The notes: generated from the letters alone by a model not told the origin. Positions 11,322-20,187 are shown, counted from the stretch's first letter. The stretch is DNA of 32,000 nt from Wolbachia endosymbiont of Dirofilaria (Dirofilaria) immitis (GCF_013365455.1 NZ_CP046578.1:360001-392000); one strand, 5' to 3'. Program-made: numbers and translations.

Positions 11322-11350
11322 TTGACAAGTTTTACCAATTACTTTTTAAT
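11322..11350 (+). promoter_or_regulatory. candidate sigma70-type promoter (TTGACA - 17 nt - TTTAAT)
   Basis: Perfect -35 hexamer at 11322-11327, a 17-nt spacer and a 5/6 match to TATAAT at 11345-11350, 40 nt after the pyrE stop. In AT-rich DNA about one such match per strand is expected by chance in this window. Confidence 0.3.
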
Positions 11351-11356
11351 AGAGTT

Positions 11357-11510
11357 AGAAGTTGTTTATTTGTCTTTAATTTGTATGAATTAAATGATAA
11401 AGGTTACTGTGGTAGGGGGAGGTAGAATGAAGCTCGTTTATGAGTCATTTTAGGTAATATGAGCACTAATTTGTAGGTAAAGATTGGGTAATTACCTACA
11501 GTGTTTTTTG
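11357..11510 (+). ncRNA. candidate ~150-nt independent transcript (sRNA or micropeptide mRNA)
   Basis: Bounded by the candidate promoter (11322-11350) and the intrinsic terminator (11472-11510). It contains GGAGG (11418-11422), then ATG 11427 and an 8-codon ORF (MKLVYESF, stop at 11451-11453). No downstream same-strand gene exists, because ubiB is convergent. Confidence 0.2.
11472..11510 (+). terminator. rho-independent terminator
   Basis: Perfect 9-bp stem TGTAGGTAA (11472-11480) / TTACCTACA (11492-11500), an 11-nt loop, then GTGTTTTTTG with a T6 run. There is no T-run on the opposite strand, so it is unidirectional. Confidence 0.6.
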
Positions 11511-11733
11511 TTTAATGGTTTTTTTAATATCTATATAACTGAAGCAACCCGAGAGTGTGTTAATGGTGCTATTTCAATGTGTGATGCTGGGGTCTATGTT
11601 TCTTTTTTTTTGGGTTCTTGTGTTCATTACTTCGATGGTAGGAAGAAAAGAGACTGAAAATGGATATCAAAGGGTAGTATAGTGCCTTTTTATGCAAATT
11701 TATGCAAATGTTGGTTATGTGGTGAGTTCATTA

Positions 11734-13164
11734 TTAGAAAATTAAAAGCTTGATGATTAAAGCTACAATTATAGACCATAGTAAAAAGTAAGTCTTTATG
11801 TTTGATCTAGTCTTAACTTGGATATTCTCTAGTTTTTGATCAGCTATTAGGTTTAATTTCTCTATAAGGCCAAATATTTCTTGGATTGCTTTTACGGGGT
11901 AAAAGCTTTTTATTTTTTCTTTATAGTCTGTTTTATTTTTGTGTTGACTCTTTACCCATGTTTCAACTACCTTCCACATATTGATTTCTGGGTAGATCTT
12001 TCTGCAGGTTCCCTCTAGCAAGATCATAGTTTTTTGCAGCAGTAACAATTGTGTTTGGACTTTCATATTAAAATCACTAGTTATTTTAAATAATTTAGCA
12101 AGTAAACTAGCGAAAGAAATTTTCTGTATAGGTTGTCCTATAATAGGTTCACCTATTGCTCTGCATGCTGTAACAAAATTTTTGTATTGTGGTGAAACAT
12201 AGCCAGCTCTAAAGTGTGCTTTTGCAACGTGATCATAATTCCGATTTAAAAAACCTTTCAGTATCTCTATTACGCAATAGCACGTCTCACTGTCTATTCG
12301 ACCCATAATTCCACAATCTAAAGCGATAATGTTATTGTTGATGTCGACCATTAGATTTCCAGGGTGCATGTCCGCATGAAAAAAGCGATCTCTGTATACT
12401 TGATTGCAAAATGATTCGATAAGATTAATAGCTATCTGTTTGTGGTTATTTAGTTTTTCAACTTCGTATATTGGTGTTGCTTCTATCCATTCTGATGTCA
12501 AAACTTTCTTTGAAGTTCTACTCCAATCTACTTCGGGTACATAAAAACCTCTATCGTTTTTTGTATTTTCCCTCAGTTCTGAGGAATGAGCAGCTTCAAA
12601 ACGTAGATCTAGCTCTAACCGGCAAATTTCAGCAAAAGTTTTAACTAATTCGATCGGTTTTAGTCTCTTTGATTGTTTGCTAAATCCTTCCATAATTCCT
12701 GCAAGCCAAAAGAGCATTTTTATATCTTTTGAAAATATTTTCTCAATGTCTGGCCTTAAGACCTTTACCGCAACTTTTTTACCTTCTGTTGTGGTTGCTT
12801 TATGTACTTGGGAAATTGATGCCGCTGCGATTGGCTCTTGAGAAAAGCTTAGAAAAATGTCGTTTAACTTACAATTGAATTCGCTCTCTATAGTTCTAAC
12901 TGCTATCTTGTATGAGAAGGATGGCAATCTATCACATATTAACAATAAGTTGTCTGTTATATCTTCGTTTAAAATATCAGTACGTGATGAAATGGACTGT
13001 CCAAATTTAATAAATACTGGACCTAACTTTTCAAGAGCACATTTTAACTTATAGCCACGTATTTTATTTATTGACTTCTTTGAAGGATAGAGTAAATGAT
13101 ATAATATGCTGTAACGAGTTAGTACTGCGGTTATGTATAAAAGGCGCAGAATATTACGAATCAT
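11734..13164 (-). CDS. ubiB: UbiB/ABC1-family atypical kinase (ubiquinone biosynthesis)
   Basis: 476 aa. Contains 'LGPVFIKFGQSISSRTDIL', 'AAASISQVHKA' and 'FHADMHPGNLMV', with a C-terminal TM segment. The start ATG overlaps the znuC stop (ATGA). Confidence 0.9.
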   Translation of the reverse strand: MIRNILRLLYITAVLTRYSILYHLLYPSKKSINKIRGYKLKCALEKLGPVFIKFGQSISSRTDILNEDITDNLLLICDRLPSFSYKIAVRTIESEFNCKLNDIFLSFSQEPIAAASISQVHKATTTEGKKVAVKVLRPDIEKIFSKDIKMLFWLAGIMEGFSKQSKRLKPIELVKTFAEICRLELDLRFEAAHSSELRENTKNDRGFYVPEVDWSRTSKKVLTSEWIEATPIYEVEKLNNHKQIAINLIESFCNQVYRDRFFHADMHPGNLMVDINNNIIALDCGIMGRIDSETCYCVIEILKGFLNRNYDHVAKAHFRAGYVSPQYKNFVTACRAIGEPIIGQPIQKISFASLLAKLFKITSDFNMKVQTQLLLLQKTMILLEGTCRKIYPEINMWKVVETWVKSQHKNKTDYKEKIKSFYPVKAIQEIFGLIEKLNLIADQKLENIQVKTRSNIKTYFLLWSIIVALIIKLLIF

Positions 13165-13901
13165 CTTGCTATGTAACTGCTAAATATCTCGCTTAAAGTC
13201 TTATTCTTCGTGATTTCATTAGGTTTACCTTGGTAATATATGATGTGATTTATGCAAATTATGTAATCTGAGCATGGCACTATGGAGCTTAAATCATGGG
13301 ATGTCATGAGAATTGAAATTGATCTTTTTTTTGCTATTTTGTTTATTATGTCATAAAACTTAGCTCGGGCATTAATATCCATCGCGCTAACTGGTTCATC
13401 CAGGATAACTAAGTCAGGCTCTGCGATTAAACAGCGTGCAAGTAACAATAGTTGTATTTGCCCTGCAGAAATTTTCAACACCTGTTTTTTTAAAATGTTA
13501 CTAATACCAACTAATTCCACCATTTCTGTAATAATTGATTGATTTTTCTCTAATTTTTTTGAAAAGCTATTTAAGAGAAGATATTCAACTGTTATTGGCA
13601 TCAAATTGCTAATGCTAAAGTTTTGTGGCATATAACTAATTTTTGTATTGTCAGCAAATGTGACACTACCAGTATAGTTCTTATTTATACCAGCAACTAC
13701 CTTTACTAAGGAGGTTTTACCTCCACCATTTGGTCCAAGTATAGTAACTACATCGCCTTTTTTTATTGATAAATTAATATCATCAAGAACTTTCTTATTA
13801 TCGTATACAAGAGTAAGGTTTTCTATTTTTAGAATACTATTGTTGACAGTATTTAACTTTTTGATAAAACTTAATTCTTTCTCAATGTTTTTATGAAACA
13901 T
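13161..13901 (-). CDS. znuC: metal (Zn/Mn-type) ABC transporter ATP-binding protein
   Basis: Walker A 'GPNGGGKTSL', signature 'ISAGQIQ' and Walker B 'LVILDEPVSAMD'. It pairs with the adjacent ZnuA/TroA-family binding protein. SD-like GAAGG lies 6 nt before the ATG. Confidence 0.85.
   Translation of the reverse strand: MFHKNIEKELSFIKKLNTVNNSILKIENLTLVYDNKKVLDDINLSIKKGDVVTILGPNGGGKTSLVKVVAGINKNYTGSVTFADNTKISYMPQNFSISNLMPITVEYLLLNSFSKKLEKNQSIITEMVELVGISNILKKQVLKISAGQIQLLLLARCLIAEPDLVILDEPVSAMDINARAKFYDIINKIAKKRSISILMTSHDLSSIVPCSDYIICINHIIYYQGKPNEITKNKTLSEIFSSYIAR
13843..13870 (+). promoter_or_regulatory. candidate znuA promoter embedded in the znuC coding sequence
   Basis: TTGACA at 13843-13848, a 16-nt spacer, then TG-A-TAAAAC (extended -10 TGn plus a 4/6 hexamer at 13865-13870). 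This places a transcription start site (TSS) about 15 nt before the znuA ATG at 13893. Confidence 0.3.
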
Positions 13902-14777
13902 TTATTGCCTTCTTTTCTATTACTTTTGTTTACACTATACTACAGTACTACTTTCTCATCCAATTTAAAAGTTGTAGCTACAATAAAGCCTATACACTCG
14001 CTTGTAGCTTCTGTTACAAACAGAGTCTTGGAACCGGTCTTATTGGATTATACAACTTCTGCACATGATTATATGTTAAAGCCATCTGATGCAAGTAATT
14101 TGGAATCAGGTGACGTTATATTTTATATCGATGATAATCTAGAAACATTTGTTAAGGCTTTCGCTAAAAACAATAAAGAACTTGTACAGTTATCGAGGTC
14201 AGTTAGTCTACTTCCTGTTAGACCACATTCATTCTCTAGGCATGTCATTCATATTCAAGACGAAAATGACCTGCATATTTGGCTTAGTCCAGAAAATGCG
14301 AAAAACATGATATTCTCTATAAGTGCAACATTATCCAATATAGATAAGAAGAACGCTCATCTATATAACTATAATGCAATGAAAACTATAGAAAGAATAG
14401 ACCAAGAGGTAGAGAGAATTGCAAGCGAATTGAATAACTTTAAAAATGAAAAGTACATAGTTACCCATGATGCTTATCAATATTTTGAAAAACATTTTGG
14501 CTTAAGTAACCCAAATATTATTCTGTCTATAGAAGAAGATTCTTATATTGGTATGAGAAGATTAATAAAACTAAAGAAGACAATGAAAGAAGAAAATATT
14601 AAATGTATACTTTCTCCTTCGTGGAAAGATAGTGTGAGGCTTAAAACTCTTTTTAGTGATGCAAGAATGGAAATTCTTGATCCTATTGGGTTAGATATAA
14701 AACCTGGAAAAGAAGCATATTTAGCTATAATTAATAACATCACACAAAGATTTAAGTCTTGTTTTGTTGAATGGTAA
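13893..14777 (+). CDS. znuA: metal ABC transporter periplasmic substrate-binding protein (ZnuA/TroA family)
   Basis: Signal peptide 'MKHLLPSFLLLLFTLYYSTTFS'. Cluster-9 substrate-binding-protein motifs 'LKVVATIKPIHSLV', 'HIWLSPENA' and 'THDAYQYFEKHFGL'. Confidence 0.85.
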   Translation: MKHLLPSFLLLLFTLYYSTTFSSNLKVVATIKPIHSLVASVTNRVLEPVLLDYTTSAHDYMLKPSDASNLESGDVIFYIDDNLETFVKAFAKNNKELVQLSRSVSLLPVRPHSFSRHVIHIQDENDLHIWLSPENAKNMIFSISATLSNIDKKNAHLYNYNAMKTIERIDQEVERIASELNNFKNEKYIVTHDAYQYFEKHFGLSNPNIILSIEEDSYIGMRRLIKLKKTMKEENIKCILSPSWKDSVRLKTLFSDARMEILDPIGLDIKPGKEAYLAIINNITQRFKSCFVEW

Positions 14778-15080
14778 CAGCTTAGTAAAGATTGCAGGTG
14801 ACTCTATTCAGAAATGTGGTTGATTTATTAATATTGAGTTAAAAGTAAAGTTATTTAAAATTTTTACTCTCTATCTAATGCTTGAGCTTAAAACATAGTT
14901 GATTAAATATGCCTTTTACATCAATATATGATGAAATCATTTATTGCGAGCGCTATTTTTGCTTTACGGTCATCTTTCTTTTTATACTGCCTTGTCTATC
15001 CATTTTAATATTTTCCTGAATATAAATAAGCTTATGAAATAAAGCAGGGACTGTGTGCATTTGTTTTACTCAATTTAAAG

Positions 15081-15500
15081 CTATACTAATTCGCATCCAG
15101 CAAAAAAGAAAGCTATTTCTCTACGAGTGTTTTCTGGACTATCTGAGCCGTGGACTCTGTTTTCACTAATATTATCAGCAAAATCTCCTCTAATTGTACC
15201 TTTATCTGCCTGTTTTGGGTCTGTAGCTCCCATGATTTGCCTATATTTGCTTACTGCGTTTTCACCGACCAAAACCTGAACTATTACAGGATCAGAGGTC
15301 ATAAATTCTACTAAATCCTCAAAAAAGGGCCTGTCTTTATGAATTTCATAAAGTAGTTCTGCCTGTCTTTTTGTCAGTAACATCATTTTTTGTGCTACAA
15401 TTTTTAGTCCGGATTTTTCGATATAGGAATTTATGTTGCCTGTAATATTGTTTCTTACTGCATCAGGTTTTAATATCGAAAGTGTTCTCTCAATTGCCAT
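15081..15500 (-). CDS. ndk: nucleoside diphosphate kinase
   Basis: 139 aa. Contains '[12 protein letters not shown]' and the active-site 'NRVHGSDS'. Confidence 0.97.
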   Translation of the reverse strand: MAIERTLSILKPDAVRNNITGNINSYIEKSGLKIVAQKMMLLTKRQAELLYEIHKDRPFFEDLVEFMTSDPVIVQVLVGENAVSKYRQIMGATDPKQADKGTIRGDFADNISENRVHGSDSPENTRREIAFFFAGCELV

Positions 15501-15609
15501 GTCGTTTCCTTATATAGGGTTGTATGTTTGATTTATTTTATTACAAATTTTTATTTTATCAAGACAGTTTTTTTATTTATTATAAAATAAGCTATTAAGA
15601 GAGTATTAT

Positions 15610-16410
15610 ATGGGTAAGTGCTATTATACCAACAAACAAAGTAAGCTAACTTATAAACACCAGATTAAAGCTAGACTTACTGGTGAAAAGTTGATAAATA
15701 ACTTGAAGTCGTCGATTTTTTGTGGAGTAAAAGGGTTTTTGACTTTTAGCTTGGCTTTTTTGAGTTATTTGGAATATAGCTTGCATCGCAATACAAAATT
15801 GCGAGAAGATGCTACCTTTGCAATGAAAAAGAACACTATTCCATTCCTTGAAATGATGATTATAGTACCACTGGTTTGTTTTGTACTGCCAGCTATGGTA
15901 GGTAGCGTAAGTATTGTGAAGTGTGCACTTATCTGTGCTGTGCTGATGATAGAAGCATGCCTTTTTATAAGAAGCTTTCATGTACGTGAGTGGTTGTTAG
16001 AGAAAACTACTAATTACAGTAGAGGAACAATAGACACAGAATTAAAGAAAGATACTATAAAATTTCCTATTTTCAACCAAAACAGAAGACGCATTGAATA
16101 TAATTCACCCAGCCAAGCAAGTGAGTCAGGGTATACTTCCTTTCTTGTTGCATGTTTAGTTTTCCCTCTTAAGACCTCTCAAAGTTACATCATGCTGTCT
16201 TTAGCTGCTGTTGAACTTCTTGAAGCAGCACCAAGTTTTTGTGTTGATCTGAGTTTCGATAGAAGTTCTTTTGCGTCTACAAAAAGTAATTTGCAAAGAT
16301 CTGGTTACTTATTGTATGCTAGTGTAAGAAATTTGGTGCCTATGTCTATGCTTGATGGACTTGTAACTGAACGTGTATGTACCTCAAGAGCAGTTTGTTG
16401 CAGCGCATAG
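15610..16410 (+). CDS. hypothetical Cys-rich polytopic membrane protein
   Basis: A 266-codon ORF, improbably long by chance in AT-rich DNA. It has at least 3 strongly hydrophobic segments (e.g. 'IPFLEMMIIVPLVCFVLPAMVGSVSIV' and 'CALICAVLMIEACLFI') and 11 Cys, and ends '...RAVCCSA'. The stop TAG is immediately followed by the hemH GTG. I recognise no family. Confidence 0.55.
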   Translation: MGKCYYTNKQSKLTYKHQIKARLTGEKLINNLKSSIFCGVKGFLTFSLAFLSYLEYSLHRNTKLREDATFAMKKNTIPFLEMMIIVPLVCFVLPAMVGSVSIVKCALICAVLMIEACLFIRSFHVREWLLEKTTNYSRGTIDTELKKDTIKFPIFNQNRRRIEYNSPSQASESGYTSFLVACLVFPLKTSQSYIMLSLAAVELLEAAPSFCVDLSFDRSSFASTKSNLQRSGYLLYASVRNLVPMSMLDGLVTERVCTSRAVCCSA

Positions 16411-17433
16411 GTGAAAAAGGCGATTATCTTATTTAACCTTGGTGGACCTGATTCACTCAGTGCGGTTCGTCCTTTTTTATTCAATCTTTTTTATGATAAA
16501 AGAATAATAAATCTACCAAACCCTTTTCGATTCCTTTTAGCAAAGTTTATATCTGCAAAACGAGAAAATACTGCACAAAAAATATATAAGCAAATTGGGG
16601 GTAGATCGCCGATCCTGGAAAATACAAGAATGCAAGCTAAAGCACTTGAGCAGGAGCTCAATAAATCTGTATTTTGTCATTCAAGTAGCATGATACTAGA
16701 ATCTAGAAAAGAGAATATGATTCTATCATCATGTGCCAGAATAGCACCAAAGCTGGCTAAAGTATTCATCTGTGTGCGGTATTGGCATCCATTTGCTGAT
16801 GAAGTTGTTAAAAGTGTAAAGCAATTTGATCCTGATGAAGTAATTCTACTACCACTATATCCTCAATATTCAACTACCACAACTTTGTCATCCATCGAAA
16901 ATTGGCAAAAAAGTGCTAAAAAGCATGGTTTAAAGTGCAGTACAAAAACAGTTTACCATTATTATGATAATCAGGACTTTATTGAGGCTCATGCTCGCTT
17001 GGTAACTAAGTATTATAAATTGGCTAGCAGAATTGATAAGCCAAGAATTCTATTCTCTGCCCATAGTTTGCCCCTGAGTATTATTGAAAAAGGTGACCCT
17101 TATGCCTTGCAAATAGAAGAAACGGTAAAATTAATAATAAGAAGATTAAATATTAAAGGCCTTGATTGGGCAGTATGTTATCAGAGCAAGATTGGACCTG
17201 TAAAGTGGCTAGAGCCTAGTATAGAAAGTGAATTATTGCGTGCAAAAGCTGATAATGTGCCTGTGGTTTTATCACCTATATCTTTTGTTTCTGAACATTC
17301 AGAAACTCTTGTTGAACTTGATACGGAATGTAAAGCAATAATCAAATGCGGATATTACTTTCGTGTGCCAACTCTTAGTACTGATTCCTTATTTATTAAA
17401 TGTTTGGCTGATTTATGTAGAAATCGCTCTTAA
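16411..17433 (+). CDS. hemH: ferrochelatase (HemH)
   Basis: 340 aa, GTG start. Contains 'ILFNLGGPD', 'RYWHPF', 'LFSAHSLP' and '[11 protein letters not shown]'. Confidence 0.93.
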   Translation: MKKAIILFNLGGPDSLSAVRPFLFNLFYDKRIINLPNPFRFLLAKFISAKRENTAQKIYKQIGGRSPILENTRMQAKALEQELNKSVFCHSSSMILESRKENMILSSCARIAPKLAKVFICVRYWHPFADEVVKSVKQFDPDEVILLPLYPQYSTTTTLSSIENWQKSAKKHGLKCSTKTVYHYYDNQDFIEAHARLVTKYYKLASRIDKPRILFSAHSLPLSIIEKGDPYALQIEETVKLIIRRLNIKGLDWAVCYQSKIGPVKWLEPSIESELLRAKADNVPVVLSPISFVSEHSETLVELDTECKAIIKCGYYFRVPTLSTDSLFIKCLADLCRNRS

Positions 17434-17510
17434 AGTCCTGATTTATAGTACTTTTCTTTTAAGATTTTATGTGATAGAATGATGAGAAATTATTATTTCA
17501 TTAGCTACCT

Positions 17511-18353
17511 ATGCTAAATGAGCTAAAAAAGAAACCAAACACGTTTGCACAAAAGGTACATGATGCTTATAATCATGATATCAAAAAGGTAATTTGTATC
17601 ACAACAAGTTTAACAGCCTTGTTGTGTAAGGTTTCACTACAATTTTGCTGCGAATTTATTGATAATAATAGGTCCAACATTCTCCTTATACGCGAGATTG
17701 CTCAATGGATAAAGTTTCCAACATTCATTCTATTGATTGCACATTCTATATTTACTTTACGTGACCTAATTCAGGATTATAGAAATCCTAATGGTAAAAA
17801 GGAACTATTGAAAATAGTGGGTAAATTGGCTAGCCTTTTAAGTAACGCTATAGAAGCGTTACTTATGTTACAAGTCTTCCATTTCTTAACTAGAAGTAAT
17901 ACAAATGCGATAAGTCGTATTCATTTAATATCAACAGCTCTATTCTTATTCACTTCAGAACCCATAGGCTGTTATTATATATGCAAAAAATATCAAGAGG
18001 TACATAGAGGGTATCAAGATAAAAAAGGTGTTAATGAATCTGTTGAATGCAAGAAAAAGCTTGCTGAGTGTAAGAAGGATCTTATTATCAGTACATTAAC
18101 TTTATCATTAGGCTTATTAAACTTTATATTTAAAAGGGTGGATGTTGCAACTACGCCGATAAATTTAGGTAATGGTATAGTTTATAGTTTTAATTTAAGT
18201 GTAACGATTGGCATAATATGTAGCACAGTATTGCTATTAGTTTGGTTTGATAAATTACTTAATCAGCCTATCAGTGATAGTCTTTCTACTGAACTTGATA
18301 AGGCTTGCTATGTTCGGCCCAGTAGCAATTTACCAAATGGTCATGCTATATAG
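17511..18353 (+). CDS. hypothetical polytopic membrane protein
   Basis: 280-aa ORF with about 6 hydrophobic segments (e.g. 'FPTFILLIAHSIFTL', 'IHLISTALFLFTSEPIGCYYI', 'LSVTIGIICSTVLLLVWF') and a charged central loop 'KKYQEVHRGYQDKKGVNESVECKKKLAECKK'. I recognise no family. Confidence 0.6.
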   Translation: MLNELKKKPNTFAQKVHDAYNHDIKKVICITTSLTALLCKVSLQFCCEFIDNNRSNILLIREIAQWIKFPTFILLIAHSIFTLRDLIQDYRNPNGKKELLKIVGKLASLLSNAIEALLMLQVFHFLTRSNTNAISRIHLISTALFLFTSEPIGCYYICKKYQEVHRGYQDKKGVNESVECKKKLAECKKDLIISTLTLSLGLLNFIFKRVDVATTPINLGNGIVYSFNLSVTIGIICSTVLLLVWFDKLLNQPISDSLSTELDKACYVRPSSNLPNGHAI

Positions 18354-18362
18354 AAGTAAGAA

Positions 18363-19523
18363 TTAAATATGAAAAGACCTCATTTCTACTGATAATGCTA
18401 ATACTGCTAACTTGCTGACCATATTCCAGAGTAATAAGGTTTTATTTTCCAAAACTTGGCTAACATCGTGAAATTCACAATTAGTGGAATTCAAACTAGA
18501 ATATATGTTTTTTTTGCTGTTACAACGATATAAGTAGCACGTTGGTGTATTTCCTATATAGTATATTAGTGGCTCTGCAGGGTTGTGTTCGAGTACATCT
18601 ATGGTTGGTACACCTTCTTGTATAATAACGCTATTGATTTCTATCCCATCCTTTATCTTTTTCATTTTGTGGCGCTTTTTTTTATTGAGGGTTAATATTT
18701 CCTCTCCACTTATTGCCGTTATAATGCCCATTCCGTATGTTCCATTGTTTGCTTTGATAAAAACATAAGGTTGAGTTTTTATTTTATATTCCTCATATTT
18801 TTTTTTTACTAGAGATAGGACTTGATCAACTTTGGTTGCTATTGTTTTTAGCGATAAAGCATCATCAAAATAGACTCCTTTGCAGCTTTTCGTAAATACA
18901 GAAATAAGCCACGGATCTATTTTAAATTCACTACAAAATTCAGATGCCAATTTTTGGTAGATTTCAAAGTATCGAAGTTTTTGCCTGCTGTGCCAACCAT
19001 ATAGTGGACTTGGTACTGTTTCTTGCTTTACATTTTCTAACACATCTGGAATATGGCTTGTCATATCCCGATTGAGTACAATAACATCGGGCACAAATCC
19101 TGAAGTTGTCTTTAACAGAGAGTTATCTTTCACAATGGTTTCATATGGTCCTATTAAATTATAAGCTTCGTTATAAAGAAGGCCAATCTTAGTTTCGAAG
19201 CCTGCTAGTTGTAGTATCTTTTCTATGGCAAATACGTTTTCTGTATACATTTTATTTCTTGTATAGTTTTCCGGTATCACAAGAGTTTTTTTATATCGTT
19301 TTTTTTTGAAATAATTTTTTATCAGTTTCGCCGCTATCATTTTTGATGTATCACTTAAATTGTTGAACCCTGCAGGAAATAAGTTAGCGTCTATTGGAGC
19401 AATTTTATAACCTGAATTTCTAAGGTCTACGGAGCTATAAAATGGTAACGTAAAATCGTTAAATTTTGCCTCAAACCAATCATTTATATTTTTTTCTAAA
19501 TTTGGATGAATTATGTTTTGCAT
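18363..19523 (-). CDS. glutamate--cysteine ligase, GshA-like (T. ferrooxidans-type family)
   Basis: 386 aa. The N-terminal block 'PFYSSVDLRNSGYKIAPIDANLFPAGFNNL' matches what I recall of the small proteobacterial GshA family (Pfam GshA, PF08886). Assigned from memory, not from a search. Confidence 0.7.
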   Translation of the reverse strand: MQNIIHPNLEKNINDWFEAKFNDFTLPFYSSVDLRNSGYKIAPIDANLFPAGFNNLSDTSKMIAAKLIKNYFKKKRYKKTLVIPENYTRNKMYTENVFAIEKILQLAGFETKIGLLYNEAYNLIGPYETIVKDNSLLKTTSGFVPDVIVLNRDMTSHIPDVLENVKQETVPSPLYGWHSRQKLRYFEIYQKLASEFCSEFKIDPWLISVFTKSCKGVYFDDALSLKTIATKVDQVLSLVKKKYEEYKIKTQPYVFIKANNGTYGMGIITAISGEEILTLNKKKRHKMKKIKDGIEINSVIIQEGVPTIDVLEHNPAEPLIYYIGNTPTCYLYRCNSKKNIYSSLNSTNCEFHDVSQVLENKTLLLWNMVSKLAVLALSVEMRSFHI

Positions 19524-19631
19524 CTACAACTTTAAATGTTATAAGGAAAGTACTATATTATACGCTATAGCTGAAATATATTTAACTAATGGTTACAGTA
19601 TAATAGAGTTACTATTTAAAATTATAGAAAA

Positions 19632-20186
19632 ATGATTCAACGTGACAACAGTAGAATGTATGGGACTACGATATTATCGATTAGAAGAGGTAAAAGTGTG
19701 GTAGTAATAGGTGATGGACAGGTTTCACTTGGTCACACTATCATAAAGTCAGGAGCAAAAAAAGTCAGGCGTCTTTCTGGTGACTCTGTAATTGCTGGAT
19801 TTGCTGGGACAACAGCTGATGCATTTACTCTTTTTGAAAGACTAGAATCAAAACTTGATAAGCATCCAGGACAACTGATGAGAGCGTGTGTTGAGCTTGC
19901 GAAAGATTGGAGGATGGATAAATATTTAAGAAAGCTGGAGGCTATGATGATAGTTGCAGATGAATCTATTTCATTAGTGGTTACAGGGATGGGTGACGTT
20001 CTTGAGCCTGAAGATGGAATTGCAGCTATTGGTTCTGGAGGGAATTTTGCTCTATCTGCAGCAAGAGCTCTAGTTGACGTTAAAGGGATGTCAATAGAGG
20101 AGGTTGCAAAAAGAGCTATGAAAATATCAGCAGATATATGTGTTTATACAAATCATAATGTAGTTATTGAAAAGGTAGAAGGGTAG
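19632..20186 (+). CDS. hslV: ATP-dependent protease subunit HslV
   Basis: '[24 protein letters not shown]' with the catalytic Thr, and '[14 protein letters not shown]'. A short N-terminal pro-sequence precedes the Thr, as in other alphaproteobacteria. Confidence 0.95.
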   Translation: MIQRDNSRMYGTTILSIRRGKSVVVIGDGQVSLGHTIIKSGAKKVRRLSGDSVIAGFAGTTADAFTLFERLESKLDKHPGQLMRACVELAKDWRMDKYLRKLEAMMIVADESISLVVTGMGDVLEPEDGIAAIGSGGNFALSAARALVDVKGMSIEEVAKRAMKISADICVYTNHNVVIEKVEG

Positions 20187-20187
20187 T

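Noticed and set aside
11691-11710. Tandem 10-bp direct repeat TATGCAAATT/TATGCAAATG just downstream of ubiB
   Set aside because: There are only two copies and no further structure. It is too short to call a tandem-repeat locus or a binding-site array.
942-14743. Other short antisense track ORFs: 942..1175, 2225..2437, 3953..4279, 4478..4669, 7200..7433, 7526..7744, 8368..8691, 9136..9318, 10928..11137, 12857..13054, 14543..14743. Beyond this span: 18583..18768 and 24315..24587.
   Set aside because: All lie wholly or largely inside and opposite to well-supported genes. They are 60-108 aa and have shadow-ORF composition. There is no independent start or SD evidence for any of them.
15646-15981. 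111-aa minus-strand ORF overlapping the 5' half of the 15610..16410 ORF
   Set aside because: The composition (many His, Tyr, Gln, Lys; no hydrophobic core or motifs) looks non-protein-like. The + strand ORF is much longer (266 aa) and has coherent TM segments. I cannot fully exclude it, because the + ORF is itself an orphan.
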